A stretch of DNA of 64,000 nucleotides, taken from assembly GCF_009914755.1 (NCBI RefSeq), contig NC_060926.1; one strand, given 5' to 3'. This DNA comes from the human T2T-CHM13v2.0 reference genome, Homo sapiens. The notes under the pieces are model-generated. The model did no database searches, had not been told where the DNA came from, and saw only the letters and a program-made list of their open reading frames with translations. A program made the translations under genes and the position numbers. Shown here in pieces: positions 1-14,190 of the stretch (positions are counted from its first letter, which is position 1; the number at the start of each line of letters is the position of its first letter).

Positions 1-1879
1 ACTTAGTTGAATCTCTTAGTCTCCTCACAGGCAATTTCTTGCTAATGCATTTCATCAACTGAAAACGGTGTGAAAGCATTGTTTAAAACCAATAAGAGCT
101 TGGAGTACTCAATGAATAAAGTCCACACTTTGTAGGTGGGCATTCTATTTTAGCCAACTTTTCTAGACTTTTATCCGTTGTGCCCTCATAGTCGAATTGG
201 ACAAATCTGCAAGACTCCTATAGCAGACCTTGCATGTTTGTACCTCTGGGCCCTGCCTCAGTCTGTCCTGTCCACCTGAAGTGTCCTGCTCACCCTTTTG
301 CCCATTGAAGTGATTCAGTCTCCAAAGGTTTTCACAAAGCCTTGCCAATCCCTCCCAACAACATTTTCTCTTCTTCCTTTGACTTACAGCAACACTGGGC
401 AGAAAAGATAGGTTGATACGTTCTAGAAAAGAAAGTAAAAACGGAGGGGTCATTCCTGGCTCCGGCTGCATTCATCTCCTCCCTAAGGCGGGGCCTCTTC
501 TCCTCATCTCCCCAACCGCCTCCGTTTCCTGTGCCACCCTTCCTCTGTCTCTCTCACCCTGCGTGTTTCTGCCTGTTAATTCCTTCAATCTAATTTTTGA
601 CAAGTTTCAGAGTTAATTCTGTAAGTTGGTGCCATGCAAAGATCTGTGAAATTATTCATAGAGGCTTAACTGAAAGTCTGTGGGAAATTCAGTGGATTAT
701 AGGAGTTGACCTGGGTTGAGTCACTTTTGAAAAACAATTAGCATTTACTTGCTGTTTTCTGCTATTTTAAGAGAGCATCGATCACTAGTCATTTTTCTTT
801 CTAGAACTAGATTTATTACATATGTAGACCCCTGGAATATATGTTCTTTATTTTACTCCTTTGTAATCTCATCCAGTTAGTCAGTTTAATGCATGCATTC
901 CCTTTTATGGCTACATAAAGAGATAATAGCTGGATGCTAGTATTTGTTCAGGCTTGCAGTTATATTGACTTCCTGAATAAACTGAAGTGAATCAGAATCC
1001 ATACACATGTACAAGTATAATTGTATGCTTATGTCTGTACTGGTATGCACCTTCTCTAATCGGATTTTGTTATTCAAGCAAGCATTCTTTATCAATTTGT
1101 TCTGAAGTGTCACAAGAAAATGTAATGCAGCAGAGGAAAATCCAGCTTTAAAAATCCAGCTTTAACTTCATTTTTGTCCATGTTAATTTATGTTAGAATC
1201 CTAGCTATTCTCCTTTAGGTTTCATTTTGAAGGATGGTGGGTGGGGGTGGATTGCATGGTACTTAACTGTCAGGTGAGAGAAATAACCTCTTGTATGTTA
1301 GCCATGGTGGATTTCCTGGCTTGTTGATGGCTGTTTCTTCAGGTCCGCCTTACTCCCTGGACAGAGTTCACTGGAATCGAATGATATTTAGAAATGACAA
1401 ATGGTCCATCACCTCACAATAGACAAAAGGCAATAAAAATGCTTTTCAGGTAGCTATGGGAACTGTCACTACAGATGAACAAAATAGGTTTCTTTCAGCT
1501 TTTTCTCCATCAGGAAATGTGGGTTTTACTTCAGTGCCCCTATTTGTGTTCACTGCTTTTTTTCTCTTGAATAAGCTGAATGGAATTCACCCATTCAGAT
1601 TTTCTTATGAATAAAAATACAACCACATCTTGTTTCCATTGCTGAAACCCTCAGTTAAAAAATTATAGCAAAGAAATTTCTTAAGGACACATTAAAAAAC
1701 CCTCAACGATGTGTGTTATATTAAAAATTCCTAATGGAAGCCATCTTTAGTGAAGAAAGCTGAAGAATCCCTGCATAACAGCACATGTATACATTTAACC
1801 ATATGTGGCTGTCTGTTTCATCCACACTGTGAGTGTGCATATACACAGACACACTCTCGAATGTACTCAGTACTCACAC

Positions 1880-2060
1880 ACTCTTACACTTGGGGAATAC
1901 CATATTTTTAAAACCCCTTTAATTTACATACTTCACTTGACCCATACAACAATCCAATAATGCAGAAGGAATGATTATTTTTTATACCCATTGTACAAAT
2001 GAGAAAAGTGAGATTTAAGGAGGTTAATTTTGCAAGGTGTTATGTCTGGCTACTTAAAAG
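1880..2060 (-). mobile_element. MIR SINE fragment
   Basis: core 'cccattgtacaaatgagaaaagtgagatttaaggaggttaa' resembles MIR core; boundaries approximate. Confidence 0.6.
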
Positions 2061-2793
2061 CAAAAAGAAAAGCCAAATCTACTTATAGTTCAGATTTCTT
2101 ACATAATACTTTCTCCTTATAAGTGATATCCTGCAAGAAACTCTGATTTTGGTATGACTGTTGCCTGTTTTTCACACTTTTGGTTTTGTATATAATCATG
2201 TGGGTTGCATTTTATTCTTACTTTAAGGACAGGTTCTGACCTGAACCCAGGGAATTTAGGCTGGGAGGTGAAGTACCAGATTACTTCTACTTAGATTATA
2301 TTATCTTGTAGTCACCTTAAATGTTTGTGAAATTATAGAAAACTAAAAATTAATGTTCATTTATTCTATTCGTCAAACCCTTAAATTTTAGCAGTTGGAA
2401 GCTTTTAGACTATAGAATTCTGGGTTCTATTAAATCTCACATTAAGATTTTACCTAAAAATTTTAAGTTAAAAATTCCAAATGCTGCTATCAAGTTCTGT
2501 TTCTGTAGTTTCTATTGACGTTTCAGAGATCTCCTGAGAGTTTATATGTATGTTTCTTACACTTAAAAAGGATAAAGGAGCTGTAGCTCTTAGGTTCTTG
2601 AAATTTCAGCATATACTAATGGAAGTCATCATCTATTGTGTTATTTTTAGTTTGGGGTTTAAGATGGCTTTTGAGAAATCGGTTTGTTATAAGAAATTCA
2701 ATGCCTAACCCATAGTAAATAGTAACTATTTCTTAACGTGTCAGTAAGTCTTCCCATCACTTTTAGGTACTAAATTATTGTTCTTATTCTTAG

Positions 2794-3009
<216 letters not shown>

Positions 3010-3562
3010 TAAACTTATAATCATCCTCTTTTTTCATGATTAATAGCTAACTGTGTTAATGTGCTTCTGGTGATCAAGTACTTTATATGAATTGTTAGTG
3101 CTTTTCATAGGCAAAGCAAATTTTTGATGCTGGCATTTTACTTTATGAAATCAAAATGGAATTGAATTTGAAATTATGTGTAGTTTAGATGTATTCATTT
3201 AGAAATGGAAATAGTTGTTAGAAAATAGTCACAAAATATGATTACAAGGGTATGCATTTTAATTTTGAATGAGTGTAATGACAACTTCGTGATTCTTTGT
3301 TGTATTTGAGAACATAGAATGTGACCTGCTTACTCCTGTTGAAGTCAGTGTGATCAGAAATGATAATTCCATGTAGTCTTAGGGGATGAAGGGGGTATAT
3401 ACATATAACTGGTCAGAAATCTAATTTGCCAGTGTCTTGCATAATTAAAATAATTTGACTCCTTTATTATCTTGGTTTCTCTAAACAATGAATTTGCATG
3501 ACTGTCTTACTTGAATTCCTAGTTGTTTTGTATTTCTGCACAATATAAGTGTTAATGTAGAA

Positions 3563-3751
3563 TAGGCATTTCCAGTCTTTTGGCTTCCCTGGGCCACATT
3601 GGAAGAATTGTCTTGGGCCACACATAAACACCAACACTAATGATAGCTGATGAGCTAAAAATAAAATAATCTCATAATATCTTAAGAACGTTTACAAATT
3701 TGTGTTGGGCCGCATTCACAGCCATCCTGGGCTGTGGGTTGGACAAGCTTC
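3563..3751 (+). mobile_element. MER30 (hAT-Charlie MITE) with 8-bp TSD
   Basis: 'ttttggcttccctgggccacattggaagaa...ttggacaagctt' matches MER30; perfect ATGTAGAA direct repeat at 3555-3562 and 3752-3759. Confidence 0.85.
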
Positions 3752-4283
3752 ATGTAGAATGAGGCTCTAATTAAACATGAAATTCACTGTCTCTTGCTTA
3801 GAAGGAACTCTTAAAAAAAAAAAAGTATGAATGGCACATTGATCTATGGAGGTTTGTAGTTGTAAGGAGACCCCACAGATGTTGCAAATTCTACTCCAGG
3901 ATCAAGTCTTCAGAAAGCTCAGGAGTGACCAACAATAGAACCTCAGTACTGGAAGAGGCCTGGTACCCCTCTCGTCCAGTAGTTCCCAATCCTGGCTACA
4001 GATAGAATCCTCTGGGGAGACTTCACGGCATATATATATACACTCATACATAATATTTTATCTGAGTTACTCTGCATTTACTGCTTCTATTTCTGAGTCA
4101 TTTTATATAGTCTGACCTGAACTAGTATACTGTCTGTCAGAATTTTGGGCCTTATCACCTTGGAAAAAGTAGAAAACTAAAGTTACAAACAGTTTAAACC
4201 AGTAAAATCTCCTTACTTAGAAAAATAGCCTAATGTAATCACTTTGGCTTGTATAGAAAGAGCTTTTATTGTTAAATTATTAC

Positions 4284-4635
4284 TGTTAAACTAAATTTGG
4301 CCTCAGCTGCCCTCCATATGGTAAGTCTCTACAAAATCAACTGCAACCTAGCTTGGTAAGTGACCAAACTGAAAATTTAGGGGTATACTTCCGTAACAAA
4401 TAGCTGAGTGGCAGCCAGCTTCAGCCAATGGCAGGCTGCCATCTATTCAGACCATGCCCAAATAAAGCAAATTCGGTGCTGAAACTAGGAAAGCTGTTCC
4501 TGTACCTCAGTTCATTTTCCCCAGGATACATATGCCTGCCCAGTTGCAGAGCAGAGCTCTCTGAACCTCTTCTGGTTCTGAGGGCTGCCCAATTTGCAAA
4601 CAGTTGTTTGCTCAATTCAACTCTGTTAAAACTTT
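4284..4635 (+). mobile_element. ERV1-class solo LTR fragment (MER57/LTR54-like)
   Basis: starts 'tgttaaactaaatttggcct..gctgccctccata'; has 'cagccaat', 'cccaaataaagcaaa', 'ctgaacctcttctggttctgagggctgccc'. Confidence 0.6.
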
Positions 4636-5249
4636 AGATAAATTGAACACCTCTGGATATCATGTGACTTGCCTGTATGTTTCAGTGACTGTGCATGTGC
4701 TATTGCTGTGCTACCGCTTGCCAGTAAGGGTGAAATGTAAAAAGTATAATAGGACTATAGTGATGAGTCTGTAATCTTAGGATGTTTTAATGAAATGCTT
4801 TATTTGGAACACTGTTCTCCCAGACCCCATAATCTGTGTCACACATAATTTTGCTCTTTATTACTGATACCAGTATGAATTATTGACTGCTTATGATTAA
4901 CTTCAAGATTATCTTCAAGATTATTTTAGTGGCACTAAAATACTTAATCCATTACATTTATATAATGAATGTTTTATACCCTGCAAAATGACTTTATATA
5001 CCTTATCTTCATTGACCTTAACAAAACTTGAGGTGGTATTATCCACGTAGAGAAGATGAGGTTAAGGTTAGAGATGCTCAGACTTGCCTGAGCTTGAATG
5101 GCTGAAATGGATACTTGGACCAAGTACTTTTTCTTCAGTGATCTTTCTGGGGACCATAATTGCTCCTTTATATGTGATGAAAAGTTAGTGGTCTAGGTTA
5201 TTTCTCTGGTCTAGACTTTGTCCCTGACAAGTAGTCCTTCCCTTTCTAT

Positions 5250-5410
5250 CAGTGTGTCATGGAATGCGTTCCATGGATCTACCTCCATCAGAATCTCCTG
5301 GAGTCTCTTTAAAGTGTTGGGTATCTGGGCCCAATTCCAGACCCACTAAATGAGAGCATCTCAGATGGGCCCTGGAAATACCTGTTTTAAGCAATTGCTA
5401 TGGGCAATTT
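5250..5410. mobile_element. MER5A-like hAT DNA transposon fragment
   Basis: 'catcagaatctcctggag...ctgggccc...ccagacccactaaat...gggccctggaaat..tgttttaa'. Confidence 0.6.
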
Positions 5411-5504
5411 GATTCTCAGGATTGACCTTTTCCTTCTTGTCTCTGGATTGGAAATAGAACTACGTGCAAACTGTCTGGTAGCTCTTGTTAAAGAATGACA
5501 AATA

Positions 5505-5802
5505 GGCCGGGCACGGTGGCTCATGCCTGTAATCCCAGCACTTTGAGAGGCCAAGGCAGGTGGATCACGAGGTCACAAGATTGAGACCAGCCTGACCAAC
5601 ATGGTGAAACCCCGTCTCTACTAAAAATAGAAAAATTAACTGGGCGTGGTGGCACGCGCCTGTAGTCCCAGCTACTCGGGAGGCTGAGGCAGGAGAATTG
5701 CTTGAACCTGGGAAGCGGAGTTGCAGTGAGCCGAGATCACGCCACTTGCACTCCAGCCTGGTGACGGAGCGAGACTGTCTCAGAAAAAAAAAAAAAAAAA
5801 AA
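5505..5802 (+). mobile_element. Full-length AluS
   Basis: GGCCGGGCACGGTGGCTCA start, dimer, A-tail, gacaaata TSD (5497-5504/5803-5810). Confidence 0.95.
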
Positions 5803-6393
5803 GACAAATAGTAGTTGCAGATATATTTTCAGTTCATTGGATAATTGAAAATACAATAGTATGTTGGGTCAGATTAAAATGATAGCCTGAGGGACTATTT
5901 AAGTTAGTGACAGATAAATCCCTCTGCCTTACGTTTAGGAATATTAACTTCTGTGATTACTAGAGACTGTTGGCCGCATTAAATTGTAGTTAACTATTGA
6001 ATGTTTTCCTAGCTAAGAAGCATTTTATAATTCTTTAAATTTCTATTGAAAAGCTATCTCCAAAGTGTTAGCACTGTGGAGTGCTATTGAAAAATTTGAT
6101 CAAAAATTTATCCTAAATTGTCCATTTGTTTATCTCAAATGGACAAAATTAAAAATATGACACCAGTTTGTTCTAAATAATTATGGTAAGTTCTCTCTCT
6201 ACTCAGGCCTTAAGGTAAGTAGATATGAGGTGATAACGTGTGTGTTAGTTCCTGACTCATTCCAAGCCAAATCTTCCATTTTTATTCTGTGCAGGTAACA
6301 TTGTGTTCTAAATGTTATAGTAGAGTCTTGGCAATTGGACTAGTATTGGGAAAAGGCAAAAATATACCAAATGATCAACATGGCAACTTTTAA

Positions 6394-6492
<99 letters not shown>

Positions 6493-7329
6493 TAATTTTG
6501 GTACCTTGAGTGCAAATAATTTTAGGTGTTTGTATAGATAATTTGATGTTGAGAGACTGCTAGACTTTACATTTTTTTTCTTCAATATAGAGCCCTCTTA
6601 CCTGTTTCTCTGCTCCTGAAGCAAACTAACATCAGCTGATGGGGCTCTCTCTTAGAAATGCAAAGTAATGACAATCAAGTGAAGTGCTCCGCAGGCAGCT
6701 GAAAAGGAAATTTTATGTTAATTAAATATCGAACTGAAGACTCATAATACTTGTGGGATTGCATGTTTTAAAACAGTGCTTATTTTAATGTTGTGAAGTA
6801 AGTTTTTCCATTATAATGAATATTTACATATTTGCATGTCAACACTTTGACATGTTATGTTCCCTTAAAAGAAAGGTGTCAAGTTGTGCTCTACATGGAA
6901 ATAGAGGAATTCACAGTACAAACCTATCTGGACCATTGGTTTTTAAACGCCCCAATCTTCCTCTAGACTACACTCTCATCTGGGTAGACCTACATTTGCT
7001 TCTTACTATTTTGTTCACAAGTAACAAAATTAACTGCATCAACATGCTTTGCTCTGACATAGCAAAAATTTCTCCTGACCCCTGGGATATAGCCCAGGAT
7101 CTTCTTTCTCTATAGGATCGTAAATAATGTAAGTTAAAGTCCATAAACAAGAGTATAAGGATTACTTTCTTGAATAGAGCATGCATGGATTCTGTACAAA
7201 AATGGTACATTTCTGTATGAATGAAGATTTTCCTCTAACCAACCCCTCCTATTTTGCAGTTCTTTTAGTCTAGTTTTTCACGATCCTTCCCATTAGTCTT
7301 ACTTGGTTAGAAGGGGACAGAGGATAAAA

Positions 7330-8860
7330 TACTCAAATAAGTATAAGAAATATGGAAGACTTACCTAAAGAATGTTACAAAACTCTGCAGAAGAATGTAA
7401 AACAATACTTGAACAAATGGAGTGACAATGTTGATTCTGGACACGTCTAAAATTTACAAATGTATCATTTATCTCCAAATTTATATTTGGTAGAAATGCA
7501 GTTAAAATCCCTATTACTTTTGTTTTTACCTGACAGAATTTCCCTTTAAATTATCCTAAATTAATCCGGAAGCATTAAATAATGACAATAACTATGAACT
7601 TTGGGATAAAGAATCATGAAGAGGATATATGTACCACTATTTACTAAAGCATAATAGAATTTAATTTAAATGATACAAGACTTGGATACAAAGAAATAAA
7701 AAAAGCTGAAAAATAGACCTTAATATGTATGACAACTTAGAGTATAATAGCATCTCTAACTGGCAGGCACAAATTTATCAATTTTTTAGAAAAAGTCAAT
7801 ACTTCATACTATACACTAAAACAAAGTCTATATGAATTAAAGAGGTAAGTTTCAAAAACTATAAAATAACTAGAGGAATATATAGGCAAATATTTAACTG
7901 CTCAAATTGGAGAAAGATTTTTTTAAAATGTAAAAGCAAAGAAATCGTAAGGAATAATACTGATGCAACTGTAGAAATATTAAAATATTCTGTATAATTC
8001 CTTTTTTCCACAAAAAGAGGGAAACCGCAAACTAGCAAAAGTATAAGCAACACACAAAATAGATACTGGGTTGTTCTCAAAATGCAAAGATCTCTTGCAA
8101 ATCCGTAGAATGGACAAAGAACATAGAAAACTGACAAATAGAAACACTGTTGGCCAATAGACTTATGAAAATGTTAAAATCTAATTAAGGAACACAAATT
8201 TTAAAATAACAACATTTTAAATCTATCAAATTTATGATTGAAAGTACCGTATCTTGGCAAGGATTCAGTGAATGACCACTCTCAAACCTTGCTGGTAGAG
8301 AGGGGTAAGCTGATAATGGTCTTTCAGCCAAGAAATTTGGAAATATTTATCCTTAGAAATGTCAATTCTCTTTGATCCAGTAATTTCATATCTTAGAATC
8401 TATCCCAAGCAAATTGTTAGAAGTATGAACCAAGAGCTGACTCATTGCTGAGTAACTTATCAATAGCAAATAACCAAATAGAAGATCTGAAATAAACCAA
8501 ACAGAAGATCTGAAACCACTTAAGTGTCTCTAGGAAGTTGAATAAAATGTTACATCCATATGATGAAACACTGTACAATCATAAGTTATGTTTTAAATGA
8601 TGATATTGGGAAATATTCAAAATCTATTATATGGGGAAGTTTACAGTTTACTTTGGGGGTTGGGTTATGGTGGGATTAGATTTGTGGCTTTTTTTTCTTT
8701 AAAAACATTTTTATGTGGGAAATACATTAGAAGGACTTCTCCAAATGTTAAGCAGTTATCTCTGGGTAATGGGTTGATGGATAATTTTATCCCTTGTATA
8801 CTTCATTGTAAAATTATTTTACAACAATATATATTCCAAAATAAGAAAAAATTTAAAAAT
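7330..8860 (+). mobile_element. Old, degraded L1 (L1M-type) ORF2 3' part / 3' UTR fragments
   Basis: A-rich; 'tacaaaactctgcagaagaa..aaaacaatacttgaacaaatggag', 'ctttgatccagtaatttca..cttagaatctatcc'; boundaries approximate. Confidence 0.6.
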
Positions 8861-9856
8861 GGAGAACAAAAATTTTAGAGGTTCCACTACTCAAAAGTGT
8901 AACATATTCCATCAACACTTTAGGGCTTCATAAACATTTAATAATCCTGTACCAAGCCCTGATGTGTATATTTTTAATCTAGGAAAACATCAGCTGAAAT
9001 CTAGGTAGTTTGCTTTATTAGCAGCAGCTGGAGGCTCCTTCTGTGCTTGGTACAGCATACCTGAAAGACCAAAAACTCATTCAGTTTAATATTTGAGTTT
9101 GTACTAGGTGAAAGAAGAAAAACAGACGCCACTTTCAATTTGCTTGAAGTTTAGCCATTAAAACATTAAGACAGAATGTTTTGGAAGAAAGGTAAAAATC
9201 AAAGCCCTCTATCGATAAAGATGACATCCCAGCTGGCTAGAAGCATGTTGTCAGGATGGAGATGCTGCTTAGGCTGAGCCTCAGTGGGTGGGTGAGTTTG
9301 GTAGGAAGGGTCGGGAGGCAGAACTAGGCGAGGGGTTGCACTTCTGTCAGGAGTTAAGAGAGGCATTGGTCACCCATGGAAGTGTGAGACTGGGGAGCTG
9401 GGTGGGTCCTTGGCTCATGATATGTTCCAAGATTACCAATGTTTTCATCACCAAAGAACCTATTCCATAGTTTTTTTAGGGAACAAATATTTTGAAAGAT
9501 GGCGGCCACAAAATAAACTAGCCAATAAATCACGGGTTCCTTAGCAATGTTTTATTAGTCAAAGATGTTATCTGCCAACGTGAGTTTCTGATCAGACTAA
9601 AATATGAAAATTGTTTCAGCCATGAGTAAAAAAAACATGTGAGTTCATAATGATCCTGATTTCTGTTAGGCTGTGGTGGGTTTCTGGAAATCTGGGACCC
9701 TATCCTGGGAGCCATCATCCATCCTGTACTCAGTGGTGAAGAAACCCAGGACCCTAGGGGGTTAGGTGGGAATCTGACTTTGATTTGTGATTGTTTCCCT
9801 CTGCTTGACTCTGGGCAACCATTTAATCTCCCTGAGGCTGAATTAATATTCATTCA

Positions 9857-9861
<5 letters not shown>

Positions 9862-9927
<66 letters not shown>

Positions 9928-9933
9928 TCTCTC
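9862..9933. repeat. (TC)n microsatellite, ~36 units, one G interruption
   Basis: directly visible. Confidence 0.97.
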
Positions 9934-11437
9934 AGAGAGAGATCACTACCTCCTAAATTAAAGATAATTACATTAAAGAGTATGGAACCCAGTAGGGGCA
10001 CAATAATGTTAATTTCGTTCCCCATTTCCTAGGGTCACAAAAATGATGGCACAGGTGAGATTTAAGCTCAGCCTCTGACTCCTATAGAGCTCTTTACACT
10101 GAGAAATTTCTTTAGTGAACTACCTTGCCTTAACTTTTTATTGGGTTCTAACTAGATTTGCTGCTTAATTGATAGAATTCTCCTGATTCCTTCCTATCTC
10201 TTTCTGTCCTTGGTTAACTCTAACTTTTAAATCGGTAAATTCTAAAAGCAGAAAAGCAGAGACAAAATTCTGAAACTTTATTTGAAACAAGAGCTACTTA
10301 TCCTGTTTAAATTTAATTGTCTTAGCAGACTTGGACATTTTTTCTAAGCAAATACAAGCATTTTTACCTCAAAGAATCTGGAATGTCTACCCAGCAATAC
10401 TTTATTAATTTTGCTTAGAAATATAATACATTTAAGCGGACTTCAAAAAATTATTTTTGCTGTCTGTATTCTCTATATCCAATTACCAGGATTTCTCCAC
10501 TTTTTTTTCCCCAGAAAACCTACCTTAACATTGAATGATTCCAGTCATAAATTGAGTGCAAAATCTTTGTACTCAAAGAAAATACTTTCATCTGAAATTT
10601 GTATAGCTAGGGTGAAATCCTTTTTGGCTTTGTAAATCCCCTATGTTTTGGCAAATAGGAAAATTGCAATTATCTGAAACGAATGCTTGAAAAACAGTAA
10701 CAGTTGAGCATCGGCTGCTTCACTGGTTTTATAGCAAATGAGCCTACCGGGTTTGTGGATACTGTTGAGCCGTCTCTAGTCAGAGACAGAAGGGACTTCA
10801 GGGACTACCTAGGGCTAGATGAACTCAAGGTACCTGCCAGCTCTAACAAAATTTGCATTACAGTCTGTGGGTAGAGACTGCAGAAGATAAACAAGGTCTC
10901 CTCATTTGATGTGAATTTAATGATGTGTTGCTACCCTAAACTGCCACTGTTTTCCAAGTAGGAAATGCTTCTCAAAAAGAGATAATATTTCAGGTATTTG
11001 CCATTTTCTGCAGAAAATAACATACATTTTAGGGAATCATTTGACTCTTTGGAATGTTTTCATGTGGGCCTTATACCATCTGACCTGGTGACTTGTCAAT
11101 AAACTTTTATGTAGATCAAGTCTGAAGATAATGGGTTCTATTTTTTGTGACTGTCTGTCTGGAAATATTCAGATAACTCAGACGGGGGGTGTATATCCAA
11201 AGTTAAAGGACAAAATAATTATTTTAATCTTCATGCATGAGGAGGTGTAAAGAGAAAGGGAACTGTCTGCCTTAAGCATTGCTATGAACAGCAAGTTCTT
11301 TGGCATGTTGGTGCAACCAGTAATCATTTATGTCTAATAGTTTGTTCAGGTTCATAGTAACAGCTTAAATGTTTTCCAAAGCTTATACCTAACTAGCTTT
11401 TTCCTAGATCTCTTTATTCTTTATTAAAAAAAACTTT

Positions 11438-11594
11438 ATTACAGGTGTGTGCTACCACTCCAGGCTAATTATTTTTGTAGAGATGGGGTTTTGCCATGTT
11501 GCCCAGGATGGTCTCTAACTCCTGGGCTCAAGTGATCTCTCTGCCTTGGCTTCCCAAAGTGCTGGTATTACAGGCATGAGCCACTGCACCTGGC
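11438..11594 (-). mobile_element. Partial AluJ-like element (left arm plus part of right arm)
   Basis: 'ctcctgggctcaagtgatc...cccaaagtgctgg..ttacaggcatgagccactgcacctggc'. Confidence 0.88.
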
Positions 11595-12385
11595 TGCTTT
11601 ATTATTTCAACATATACTTCAACACCTTTTCATTAATAATACCCAAAGAAATGAGTTACCAGAGCTGATACCTTTTTCTGAGAAGAGAATCCGATTTGGT
11701 CCTTCATTGTGTATCTGCCCTTCATTCTTGCCAAGGCATCCCTCTATTCCTTAACCCCCTGCCACGCACACACATAGGACAGCCCCCCACCCCCAGCTGC
11801 CTGAATCCTGGCCACCTTGGGGGTATAGCCATCCCAGAACTGTTTCCTCTAGTACCCAACTACTCTGAGAGGACCATGGTTTTTCCTCTCCTACAGGTGT
11901 AAAATAGTACAATGTTACTGATTTACTCCCACATGCCTGCCATGTGGCTTCATCTCATCCTGCTTCTCTGAATCCAGATGCAGTTTCTTCCTCACTGCTG
12001 ATCCAAGTCCTACTCTTGTTCATTCTGTTTAATTCAACTTAGTTCTCTACCTTTGAATTTCCTGCCACCCGGGCACAGTCTGAATATGCTACCTTAAAAT
12101 TATCTCATTGTTTCATTTGCCTCTGCATTGATTCAGAGTTGTCAAAGCAAAGACAAAGATTTCAGTATTTTTTCTAACCCCATTGAACCCTTATCTTCAG
12201 TGAGCTACTTCTGTTTGCTTTCCCTCCCCTCCAGATGGAGATGACCATCCTGTCTACCTTAGCCTATTAAAGGTTTTGATAGGATCAAATAACTTAGCAT
12301 ATGCAAATAGCCCTTATAACCTGAGGGGGGGCTATATCAAGGGCAGTGAGGTTATTCTAGTTGATACATGAAAACTATGTTAAGG

Positions 12386-12657
<272 letters not shown>

Positions 12658-12923
12658 TCAATACAAAATATTTTGTGTCTGTTTAACCATAGGAGTGTCC
12701 TTACTGCCTTGTATAAAATTGCTGAAGCTTTGTGTATGGTCTTCTACACAATGGACACATTTTATGCAACTAAAACTGAAAAGCCGAGTCAATTATTTGG
12801 GTATATGGAAATATAACTCATATTTATGAAACGTTTCTAAGTAACATTTCTACAATGAAGATTTATAACACTTAAAGTTAGAAATTATTTCCAAATATAT
12901 GTACACTAAAAATACCTAGATAT

Positions 12924-13177
12924 AGCCGAGTGCAGTGGCTCACACCTGTAATTCTAGCACTTTGGGAGGCCGAGGAGGGCAGATTACTTGAGGCCAGGAG
13001 TTCGAGACCAGCCTGGCCAACATGGAGAAACCCTGTCTCTACTACAAATACAAAAATTAGCTGAGCTTGGTGGTGCACTCCTATAATCTCAGCTACTCAG
13101 GAGGCTGATACACAAGAATCACTTGACCCTGGGAGGTAGAGGTTGCAGTGAGCTGAGATGGCGCCATTGCATTCCAG
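12924..13177 (+). mobile_element. 3'-truncated Alu
   Basis: 'gtggctcacacctgtaatt..agcactttgggaggccgagg'; ends at 'cattccag' with no tail. Confidence 0.9.
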
Positions 13178-13598
13178 AAGTTACAGACTATCACAATTTT
13201 CCTTTTTATACTTATCTGTGTTTCTAAACCTTTCTACAATAAACCTATACTACTTTTATAACTTGATAAAAAACTAAGCAAAACATGATTTGTCCACTTG
13301 ATTCCAACTCTGAGAACATTATCTTCTATTAAATCACCATTAAACAATGAGCAAAGCTTTGAAATTTTGGAACTTTGAAAGTTTTAAAAGTGTTGTTATA
13401 GGCTTTTCTTATGTTCCTGGTAGTTAGCTAAAATGCTTTTGTGTTACATGTTGTTATGTTACAGCAAAGCAAATTAACTTATTTGTGCCTAGCTTGGATA
13501 GAGCACATTATGTGAAATGCACTGAAGTATAAATAAACACCAATGCAATACATCCGAATACTCTATCTTGGAGATCTATTTTATCACTTACATTGTAG

Positions 13599-13871
<273 letters not shown>

Positions 13872-14063
13872 TAGAATCAGAGAACCCTGCTGAACACTCC
13901 CTACTCATGATAATTTCCCATATTACATTTGCTCACCTAAAGGAAAATATATTTCAAAAGCATACAATGTAATTAGCCCTCACCTTAACTATTAATTGCT
14001 TGATTTATGTCATCCACAGTAGTTTGACAGAACACTAGAACTAGCTCATCAGATTCATCTTAT

Positions 14064-14190
14064 AGGCACTTCTCAAACTTTAATGTGCCCATGAGTTTCT
14101 GGGGAATCATGTTAAAATGCAGATTCTGGCTCCATAGGTCTGCGATGAAGTCGCCACAGCTCATCAGTGACCCATAGTTTGAACAGGAAA
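14064..14190. mobile_element. MER5B-like fragment
   Basis: 'cttctcaaactttaatgtgc...tgttaaaatgcagattctg'. Confidence 0.65.
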
